Below, piece after piece: positions 36,955-44,410 of a stretch of 64,000 nt of DNA. Source of the DNA: Candidatus Hydrogenedentes bacterium UBA2224 (GTDB lineage Bacteria > Hydrogenedentota > Hydrogenedentia > Hydrogenedentales > SLHB01); NCBI GenBank assembly GCA_002348185.1, contig DDYW01000021.1:24248-88247 (forward strand), written 5' to 3'. The position numbers were made by a program, and so were the translations under genes. Positions within the stretch are counted from its first letter, which is position 1. Each line of letters begins with the position of its first letter. The notes beneath the pieces are model-generated. The model did no database searches. It worked only from the letters and a program-made list of their open reading frames with translations, and was not told the origin of the DNA.

Positions 36955-38622
36955 ATGAAACGCGCGACGGGGCGGGGCGGTGGGCTTCGGATGGCGGTCC
37001 TTGCGGTGATGTGCGCGGGAGCGATTGCCCCGGCGGCACTGGCCGCGGACGAAGCGGAAGGCGGAGACCTGTTGTACAACGGAATCCGTCTGCCGGAAAC
37101 CTGGCCGCCGGACCGGCCCCTCAGCCGCGAACCCATGCCGGCGCCCTGGCTCGAGAACCCGCCCGAGGTGATCCCCATCGACGTGGGCCGGCAGCTTTTC
37201 GTAGACGACTTTCTCGTCCAGGAAACCACACTCACGCGCACGCATCATGCCGCCGCCTACCGGTCCGGCAACCCCCTGCTCGTGCCCGACACGCCGTGGG
37301 AGAGCGACACCGTCTCTCAGGACCAGCCCGCTCCCACCGCCATGGTGTTCAGCGACGGCGTCTGGTACGACCCCGCCGACCAGCTCTTTAAGATGTGGTA
37401 CATGGGCGGCTACGTGAAATCCACATGTTACGCGACCTCCCAGGACGGCATTCACTGGGACAAACCCTCGCTGGACGTTGTGCCCGGGACCAATGTCGTC
37501 CATACCGGGCATCGGGATTCGGGGACGGTCTGGCTGGATCTCGACGAACCCGATTCCACACGCCGGTTCAAGATGGCCTTGCGCGAGGACGGCGGTGTGC
37601 TGACCTTGTACTTTTCGGGCGACGGCATCCACTGGGGCGAGCCGGTGGGCCGGACAGGGCCGCTCCGCGATCGCAGCACGTTCTTCTTCAACCCGTTTCG
37701 CACGGTGTGGGTATTCAGCGCGAAAGGTTACGAGGGCGGCGGGCTCGGGCGGTATCGTCACTATCACGAAGGCGCCGATCTGCTCTCGGCGGGGGCCTGG
37801 GAGGAAGGCCAACCGGTCTTCTGGGTGGGCGCCGACACGCTTGATCCTCCCCGCGCAGATCTCAAAACCCCGTGCGAACTCTACAACCTGGATTGCGTGG
37901 CCTACGAGAGTCTCCTTATCGGTCTGTTCACCCTCTGGCGGGGTCAGCCCACCGACCGCGCGAAACCCAACGAGCTGTGCATCGGCTATACACGCGACGG
38001 ATTTCACTGGTACCGTCCGGAGCACACGCCGTTTATCCCGGTGTCCGAACACTACGGCGACTGGAACTGGGGCAACGTGCAATCGGCCGGGGGCTGCTGC
38101 CTGGTGGTGGGCGACACGCTGTATTTCTACGTAAGCGGGCGCAAGGGCGTGCAGGGATCGCCGTCTTCCGGCGTATGCGCGACGGGCCTGGCCACGCTGC
38201 GCCGCGACGGGTTTGTGTCGATGAACGCGGGAGAAACGGAAGGCGTCCTGCTGACGCGTCCGGTCCGTTTCTCCGGAAAGCGGCTGTTCGTGAATGCCAA
38301 CGCGGGCGGCGGCGAACTGCGGGTGGAGGTCTGCGACACATCGGGCGCTCCGCATCCGGGGTACACGAAGGCCGACGGTGTGCCGGTAAGGGCTGATGCC
38401 ACGTGCGCGGAGGTGGCGTGGAATTCCGGGGGCGATTTGGGCGTCTTTGCGGGAAAAACGGTGCGGTTCAGGTTTTTTGTCCGGCAGGGCAGCGTGTACG
38501 CCTTCTGGGTCAGTGCCGACGAAAACGGGGCGAGCCACGGCTACGTCGCGGCGGGCGGTCCGGGGTTCACGGGTCCCACGGACACCGTGGGCCGCGCCGT
38601 GCTGCCCCGTCACGGGCTGTAG
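36955..38622 (+). CDS. secreted beta-propeller glycoside-hydrolase-like protein (GH32/43/68-type fold plus beta-sandwich); specific family not resolved
   Basis: Signal peptide with AALAADE. DGVWYDPADQLFKMWYMGG, DGIHW, LYFYVSGRKG, LATLRRDGFVS. GAGGGGG box upstream. Confidence 0.7.
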   Translation: MKRATGRGGGLRMAVLAVMCAGAIAPAALAADEAEGGDLLYNGIRLPETWPPDRPLSREPMPAPWLENPPEVIPIDVGRQLFVDDFLVQETTLTRTHHAAAYRSGNPLLVPDTPWESDTVSQDQPAPTAMVFSDGVWYDPADQLFKMWYMGGYVKSTCYATSQDGIHWDKPSLDVVPGTNVVHTGHRDSGTVWLDLDEPDSTRRFKMALREDGGVLTLYFSGDGIHWGEPVGRTGPLRDRSTFFFNPFRTVWVFSAKGYEGGGLGRYRHYHEGADLLSAGAWEEGQPVFWVGADTLDPPRADLKTPCELYNLDCVAYESLLIGLFTLWRGQPTDRAKPNELCIGYTRDGFHWYRPEHTPFIPVSEHYGDWNWGNVQSAGGCCLVVGDTLYFYVSGRKGVQGSPSSGVCATGLATLRRDGFVSMNAGETEGVLLTRPVRFSGKRLFVNANAGGGELRVEVCDTSGAPHPGYTKADGVPVRADATCAEVAWNSGGDLGVFAGKTVRFRFFVRQGSVYAFWVSADENGASHGYVAAGGPGFTGPTDTVGRAVLPRHGL

Positions 38623-39995
38623 TAATTGTAGGTCATTTTGCTGCGGCGGTACTGCTGCTGTTCCCAGAGCCGGGGGCGGTCCGGGTCGGGATTTGCGGCG
38701 GGGTTGTGGTAGATATGGAGCTCGTTGCCCGCGAGCACCACGATTTCCTCCCGCCAGTCCCCCGAGACATCCGCCACATAGAGGCGGTCGGCTTTTTCGT
38801 CGAAGGTCGTGACAAAGGTGCCCTTCAGCGGGTCAAAGATCGCGACGTCGCCGGAGGTGTGCCGTTCTTTGGCGGCGGCGAATTGCTTGGGGCCGCCGGT
38901 CCAGTCGATGGTCCAGATGAGTTCGACGCCGCTGGCCGTCCAGCCTTTGGGCGCGACGTTGTCCATCTCGTACTCGGCGATGAGTTCACCGGCCGCGTTG
39001 AACACGAAGGGTTTCTGGTGTTCGTTGTAGCGGCTGCGGCACCAGATCTGAAGCCCGTCGTGGTCGAGGGAGAAGGTGCCGACGGCGGTGTTCTGCGGCT
39101 CCTGGTTGCGGTGATGGGTTTCCCAGAGCATGCCCGTGGAGCTGGCGAGAAAGATGCGGTTGCCGCCGCCTTCTTCGAGGGCAACCACCTCGAGGCCGGG
39201 CACATCCGGGCGCACATCGGCCACGAACAGGGCGTCCAGGTGGCCCTTGACCGGCATGTTGCAGAGCCATTCGCCGTCGGCGGGATTGAGGATCTGGCCG
39301 GCAATGACCTCGTCGCGCCCGTCGCCGGTCAGGTCGGCGGCGCGGACCCCGTTGTGGGCGCAGGTGAGGAGGTCGTTGCGCTGCCACAAGGGTTCGTAGC
39401 GTTCCGCGGCCAGCTCTGACAAGGCATACGCGGCAATCATGTGGCCGACGCGGTAGCCTTCCTTGTTGGTCGCCTGCAGGAGGAGGTCACGGTCGCCCTC
39501 GCCCCGTAAATTCACCACGACCAGGTGTTCCCAGCGCTCGGCCAGGTCCGGAAACGGCGGTTTTGCGGTCCACTTCGATTCGCCGGACGCACCGTCCACG
39601 ACATGCACGACGCTGTCCTGTGTCAGGAACAGCACCTCGGTCCTGCCGTCGCCGTCGATGTCGGCCGCCTGCACGCCGGGTCCGCAGTGGCCGGGCAGGC
39701 CCTCGCGCTCGGACGAGCCCCCCACCCGGACGTCGATGTTGAGGAGCCAGAGTTTCGAGCCGTCGTGCGCGCAGGCCGCAATGTGGCCGGGCACCGTGAC
39801 CAGGTAGTCCATCAGGCCGTCGTTGTTGAGGTCGGCGGCGACGAGGCCCCCGGCGCTGTCCGCGGGGCCGGGGATGTCCAGGGCGAAGACAGCGGGGTTT
39901 TGCTCGTACTGCTCGGATCCTGCCTGACCAAAGGCCTGGATTGGGACCCACAGCAGGGAGAACAGCGCCAGGAACAGCGATTTGCGCGACATCAT
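38610..39995 (-). CDS. FG-GAP/VCBS-repeat beta-propeller protein (rhamnogalacturonan-lyase-like fold), secreted
   Basis: Signal peptide MMSRKSLFLALFSLLWVPIQAFG. Repeated ADLNNDGLMD, ADIDGDGRTE, ADLTGDGRDE, ADVSGDWREE loops. GGAGGGG box upstream. Confidence 0.8.
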   Translation of the reverse strand: MMSRKSLFLALFSLLWVPIQAFGQAGSEQYEQNPAVFALDIPGPADSAGGLVAADLNNDGLMDYLVTVPGHIAACAHDGSKLWLLNIDVRVGGSSEREGLPGHCGPGVQAADIDGDGRTEVLFLTQDSVVHVVDGASGESKWTAKPPFPDLAERWEHLVVVNLRGEGDRDLLLQATNKEGYRVGHMIAAYALSELAAERYEPLWQRNDLLTCAHNGVRAADLTGDGRDEVIAGQILNPADGEWLCNMPVKGHLDALFVADVRPDVPGLEVVALEEGGGNRIFLASSTGMLWETHHRNQEPQNTAVGTFSLDHDGLQIWCRSRYNEHQKPFVFNAAGELIAEYEMDNVAPKGWTASGVELIWTIDWTGGPKQFAAAKERHTSGDVAIFDPLKGTFVTTFDEKADRLYVADVSGDWREEIVVLAGNELHIYHNPAANPDPDRPRLWEQQQYRRSKMTYNYYSP

Positions 39996-40154
39996 GGTCA
40001 GCCCCTCCGGCGGGTTGCATGGCTCTTTCACCGTAACTGGAAGCATAGCACAACAAATTCCAGGCTGTTCCAGTGGCGCGAGCACAACCGGGGGCCAGTC
40101 ATCTGCGTCTCGCGTCGCGGACCTCGGCGCTGTGCCTGCGCTCTTCCCGAAGTA

Positions 40155-40295
40155 TCAAGACGACGCTGCAGACCAGCCGGACGACGCGATGGTTGTCAGG
40201 GCGAATTTGAGGGTATGGCTGGCCGTCTTGAGGTCGTTTTCGGCCTTGATGGTCCACTCATGCACCACCGCGACCAATTCGTCACGGCCTGGCAT
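40155..40295 (-). pseudogene. 5' remnant of a HEPN-domain toxin gene (46 codons)
   Basis: MPGRDELVAVVHEWTIKAENDLKTASHTLK matches the first HEPN helix. The ORF stops before any Rx4-6H motif. It overlaps the MNT stop by 14 nt as in intact MNT-HEPN pairs. Confidence 0.45.
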
Positions 40296-40608
40296 AGAGG
40301 ACCTTTCCCTCGCGTGCCGCGGGTTCCTCGATGGTGCCGATGATTTTCCGGCGCCACGCGAACTCCTCGGGGGTGCTGACAATGATGTCCTTCGGGACGG
40401 GAATACTGTGCAGAGCGACACGAATTTCAATCTGTTTGGCGCGCTTCGAGCCTTCAACCGGCATGACCACGAGCAGATCAACATCGCTGTCCGGTCCCGC
40501 GTCCTCCCGCGCATGTGAGCCAAACAGGATGATTTGTTCGGGTTGAAACTGGTCCACGATTCGGCGCACCATGGCGTCGATAGTGCTCGCGTCGACTTTC
40601 GGGGTCAT
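40282..40608 (-). CDS. minimal nucleotidyltransferase (MNT) antitoxin-type protein
   Basis: IILFGSHAREDAGPDSDVDLLVV (GS...DxD). GAGGGTG box before the ATG at 40608. Confidence 0.8.
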   Translation of the reverse strand: MTPKVDASTIDAMVRRIVDQFQPEQIILFGSHAREDAGPDSDVDLLVVMPVEGSKRAKQIEIRVALHSIPVPKDIIVSTPEEFAWRRKIIGTIEEPAAREGKVLYARP

Positions 40609-40769
40609 ATCATCACCCTCTGCCTGAAAACGCGCAACCTGCGTGCTCCCACAGGGCGGTCCTTCAACCGCCACATCATTATGCCCCAGACAACGGCATC
40701 ATGTCATCAGCGCCCGGCGCTCCCCGTGCGAACGAGGGGCATTCGAGAGGGGTCATCCGGGGCGGCGCG

Positions 40770-41058
40770 GTGGACATTGCGGACCCTGTGGACCGTGTGG
40801 ACCGTATGGACGTCCTTGCCTTGATGATTTGGAAGGGGGCGAGTCTCAGACCAGGCTTGACTGTATCGCGCCACCCTCGCAACGCAGCAAACCGCTCCGG
40901 GGGCCCCGGAACGGGGTCCAATTTGAGCCGTGACGCAGCCCATGGAGCAGCCGCAGCACAAGAAACCCAACTCTGACAGGGGTTGAACAAAGGCGCCGGG
41001 TCTTTTCAACCCCTATTCGGGGGTTGTGAGGGATGATGCGCCTGATCCACGGGTTTCA
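40770..41058 (+). repeat. member of the mosaic repeat family: 5-unit RTGGAC array, ~150-bp inserted module, three-part hairpin core
   Basis: Array 40770-40814. GGGGTTGAA 40979-87, TTCAACCCC 41005-13, GGGGGTTG 41019-26. The 3' end ...ccacgggtttcaccc overlaps the thioesterase stop codon. Confidence 0.8.
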
Positions 41059-41475
41059 CCCCTTGTTCTTCGGCTCTAGCTCGGCCCTCAGCGCGGTGAG
41101 GACATCGTTAGGCAGCGCGACGGCCCGGCGGGTCTGGGTGTTGACGGCGCAGTGGACGGTGCGGAGTCTGCAGGCCAGGTGGCCGCCGGCATTGAGGAAT
41201 TCGTAGTCGATGGTGAAGGTTCGGCTGCGCAGCTCGACGACGCGCAGGCGGATAAGTGCCCGCTCTCCGACGAAGAGTGGGCGGCGGTAATCGCTTTCGG
41301 CATGCACTACGGGGATGAGGTAGCCGGTGGTCCGGATCAGGTGTCCGATATTGAGGCCGTGGGAGTCCAGGAAGGTCTCGTAGGCGTCGTGGGCCAGGGC
41401 GAAGTAGCGGCCGAAGAACAACACGCCGGCGGCGTCGCCGTCGCGCAGGGAGATGCGGACCGGGTAGGTAAACAT
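41056..41475 (-). CDS. acyl-CoA thioesterase (4HBT/YbgC-like hotdog fold)
   Basis: FTYPVRISLRDGDAAGVLFFGRYFALAHDAYETFL and AESDYRRPL. AAGGGGG box upstream. Confidence 0.85.
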   Translation of the reverse strand: MFTYPVRISLRDGDAAGVLFFGRYFALAHDAYETFLDSHGLNIGHLIRTTGYLIPVVHAESDYRRPLFVGERALIRLRVVELRSRTFTIDYEFLNAGGHLACRLRTVHCAVNTQTRRAVALPNDVLTALRAELEPKNKG

Positions 41476-41503
41476 GCGCCCCCTTTCGGTGCTCGAACCC
41501 GTT

Positions 41504-42772
41504 TCAGGCTTGGCTGAGGTACTTCCAGAAATTGCCGCCCAGGAGCCCCGCGACATCGCGGTCGATCTCGCTCTGTTTCAGGGTCCATCCTGTGCCGAGG
41601 AGGTCGGCGTATTTGTCGGCCAGCACCCTGGCGATGATGGCGCGCGAATGGCCCCACTTGTAGAGGACCTGGTCGAGCACGCGGGCGTCCGAATGTTGCG
41701 GCAGGACGCTCGTGCCCAGCAGTTCGAAGCGCATGCGGATCATTTCCTCGATGAGGCTCGGCACATTGAGAAACCACCAGCATCCGAACAGAAAGAGGTT
41801 GGAGAATTTGCGCGCCGCGACCGAGACCTCATGCTGGTCCTCGCGCGCGAGCATCGTCACCATGAACTTGGCGTCCGGATACCTTGCGCACAAACGTTCG
41901 ACCGCGCCGACATCGCTCCTGGCCACGCCATCGCCGGCGAGTTTCAGGGCGGGGTTCACGGCGCGTTTGACGCCGATCATCATCGCGAAGGGAACGTTGT
42001 GCTCTTTCGCCACGGGCACGATGCATTCGGCAATGAGCCGGGCCCGGGCCGAGTCTTCGGGGTACACGAAATCCTGCGGAAGCGAAACCGCCATATACAG
42101 GGCGCGGGTCCTTTGGAGCCAATCGGCGAGGAAACGGCGCGTCTCCGCGAGGGCCGTGCCGCTGAGCGTTTCGTCGACGCCGTAACCCCATCCTTTGAGA
42201 CGGGCGCAGGCGCCGGCCCAGTTGTTGAGGACCGGGTCGATGCGCAGAGCGGCGTGGAAGCGCTTGTCGACGGCCCCGCCCGTCTCCCACACGGGCCGCT
42301 CGGCGTCGTCGAAGGGGTCGTTGGTCATGACGACTGAATCGAGATTGGCCCGTTCAAAGACCGTGTCGATGTAGCCTTCGACGGACTGCCGGGCGAAGTA
42401 GTCGCGATACGCGGCCAGGTCTCGGGAGGCGACATCGAGCCCCAGCCGGTCTAGCACGGTGAGCACGCCCCGGCAGGCTTCGCTGTACGGGGACCGCTCG
42501 ATAAAGAGCGTCTGCCAGATGAAATCGGCCTGTTCCCGCTTTGATTTGGCGTAGAACCGTGCGGGGTCGATGCGCGACGCCCGGACCACCTCCGCGATCA
42601 GGTAGTGGTAGGTGAGCAGTTCGTCCACGCCCCAGAGCAGCAATTTGCCGAATGCGGGGGCATACAGGTGGGTGTGAATATCCGTGACGGGCGTGCGCTC
42701 CACAGTTTCGCGTACCGCCGCGCGCATGGCATCAATGGTCTCGCGGGTGAATAGGGTCTCCGAAGCGGTCAT
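41504..42772 (-). CDS. amidohydrolase-fold (uronate-isomerase-like TIM barrel) protein
   Basis: TPVTDIHTHLY metal-binding start, ELLTYHYL. GGAAGGAGAG box upstream. The function is uncertain. Confidence 0.7.
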   Translation of the reverse strand: MTASETLFTRETIDAMRAAVRETVERTPVTDIHTHLYAPAFGKLLLWGVDELLTYHYLIAEVVRASRIDPARFYAKSKREQADFIWQTLFIERSPYSEACRGVLTVLDRLGLDVASRDLAAYRDYFARQSVEGYIDTVFERANLDSVVMTNDPFDDAERPVWETGGAVDKRFHAALRIDPVLNNWAGACARLKGWGYGVDETLSGTALAETRRFLADWLQRTRALYMAVSLPQDFVYPEDSARARLIAECIVPVAKEHNVPFAMMIGVKRAVNPALKLAGDGVARSDVGAVERLCARYPDAKFMVTMLAREDQHEVSVAARKFSNLFLFGCWWFLNVPSLIEEMIRMRFELLGTSVLPQHSDARVLDQVLYKWGHSRAIIARVLADKYADLLGTGWTLKQSEIDRDVAGLLGGNFWKYLSQA

Positions 42773-42826
42773 CGAGGATTACTCTCCTTCCTGTTCTGTC
42801 CGAGGCCCGGCGGAACGGCTTTTTGA

Positions 42827-42871
42827 ATAGGCCCCATAGGCCCCATAGGCCCTATAAGACCGATAAAACGC
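42827..42871 (+). repeat. 9-bp-phased array, ATAGGCCCC-type variant (5 units)
   Basis: ataggcccc ataggcccc ataggccct ataagaccg ataaaacgc. Confidence 0.7.
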
Positions 42872-42900
42872 CCGCTCCACCCCCGACACTCCCGTTCTGC

Positions 42901-44196
42901 CTACGCCAGGGTCCACGGGGCGCGGCGTTCGCGATCGAGAAAACGGTTGGCCTCCTCGTCGCCCGGGAAAGTCTCGGTTGCAGGGTCCCATGTGATCGGG
43001 CGTTTGAGCCAGCGGGCGATGTTGCCGAGATGGCAGACGGTGGTCGACCGGTGGCCGATCTCGACGTCCGCGTTGGGCGTCTGGCGCGTGCGGACGCAAT
43101 GGAGCCAGTTCGCGATATGTTCGTTGGTCTCGCCCACGAACGGAATGGGCTCGAGTTCGGGCAGGTCGTCGTCAAGGGTGTCGGGTTTGATGGCGTAGCG
43201 GCCGCGATCGATTTTGATCTCGCCTTCATCCCCTTCGAACCATCCGCCGCCCGCGGCGCCCTGGTCGTCCAGTTTCACAAGGGCGCCGTTGGCATAGCGC
43301 ATGTGGACCGGCCAGCGGGGGCCGATATGCACACCGTCGGAGGGCGGTTCCTCGTCCAGCACCGGCCAGATCTCGACGGGGCCTGAATTGTCCATGCCCA
43401 GCGCCCACTGGATCTGGTCGAGCCCGTGCGCGCCCCAGCCGGTCATTTCGCCGCCGGAATACGGCCGGTACGAGATCCAGCCCCACTCGTGTCCCTGTTT
43501 GCCGCCGCGCGGGGTGTAGAGCTTCTCGTGGTAGCCGCGGTAGGGCGTGGGACCGCACCACATGTCCCAGTTGATGTACTCGGGCGCGTCTTCTTCAGGC
43601 AGGGTGCACTCCCATGGGCTGGGATAGTTCGCCGTATGGACGGTGTGGACGTTTCCAATGCGGCCCGCGCGAACCAGCGCGCAGCCCACGCGGTTTTCCT
43701 GCGTCGAGCGCTGCTGGCTCCCGACCTGGCAGATGCGGCCGTGGGTGCGCGCCGCGTCGACCATCAAGCGGCCTTCCCGGATGGTGAGCGTCATCGGCTT
43801 CTCGACATACACGTCCTTGCCCGCCTCCATGGCATGGATTGCGTGCAGGGCATGCCAGTGGTCGGGCGACGAAATGATGACTGCGTCGAGCGCGTCGAGC
43901 GCGAGCATCTCGCGGTAGTCCGGGAACAGCATCGATTCGGAGATGCCGTATTGCTTGCCCAGCTTGCCCTTGGCCCAGTCTTCCAGGCGCCGTCTATTGA
44001 TGTCGGCCAGTGCGAGCACGTGGGCATCGCCGGGGACGCCCTGGAGCCCATCGGCCCGGCGCCCGCACCCGATGTAGCCGACGTTGATGCGGTCGTTGGC
44101 GCCGAACGCTTTTGCAGGCACGAAATACGGTGCGGCAAGCGCCGCGGCGGCCCCGGCGAGAAACTGTCTGCGCGTGGGCTGGCATCGAGTGGTCAT
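42901..44196 (-). CDS. Gfo/Idh/MocA oxidoreductase with a twin-arginine signal
   Basis: MTTRCQPTRRQFLAGAAAALAAPYF (Tat motif), INVGYIGCGRR, EKPMT. AAGGAG box before the ATG at 44196. Confidence 0.9.
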   Translation of the reverse strand: MTTRCQPTRRQFLAGAAAALAAPYFVPAKAFGANDRINVGYIGCGRRADGLQGVPGDAHVLALADINRRRLEDWAKGKLGKQYGISESMLFPDYREMLALDALDAVIISSPDHWHALHAIHAMEAGKDVYVEKPMTLTIREGRLMVDAARTHGRICQVGSQQRSTQENRVGCALVRAGRIGNVHTVHTANYPSPWECTLPEEDAPEYINWDMWCGPTPYRGYHEKLYTPRGGKQGHEWGWISYRPYSGGEMTGWGAHGLDQIQWALGMDNSGPVEIWPVLDEEPPSDGVHIGPRWPVHMRYANGALVKLDDQGAAGGGWFEGDEGEIKIDRGRYAIKPDTLDDDLPELEPIPFVGETNEHIANWLHCVRTRQTPNADVEIGHRSTTVCHLGNIARWLKRPITWDPATETFPGDEEANRFLDRERRAPWTLA

Positions 44197-44299
44197 GTGT
44201 GCGCTCCTTGTCACAATGCGTTTCGTACATGGACGGTGACCCATTTTAGGCCATCGAGGAGGGGTGTGCCAAATCGCCGCGGCGACGGGCCAGCAGGAT

Positions 44300-44335
44300 G
44301 TGGACGGGATGCACGGTATGGGTGGGGTGGATTCC
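44300..44335 (+). repeat. degenerate 9-bp-phased RTGGAC-like array
   Basis: gtggacggg atgcacggt atgggtggg gtggattcc. Confidence 0.4.
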
Positions 44336-44410
44336 GGGTTCCCGCATTTTTGCGCGCGGCCAGGCGGCGCCGGGTCTGTCCGCGTTCCTGTTACACCCCG
44401 CGGACCTGGT

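Noticed and set aside
40155-40523. The full 122-aa ORF as an intact gene.
   Set aside because: Its first 76 codons overlap the MNT coding region out of frame and look like junk. Only the last 46 codons, from the internal ATG at 40295, resemble HEPN.
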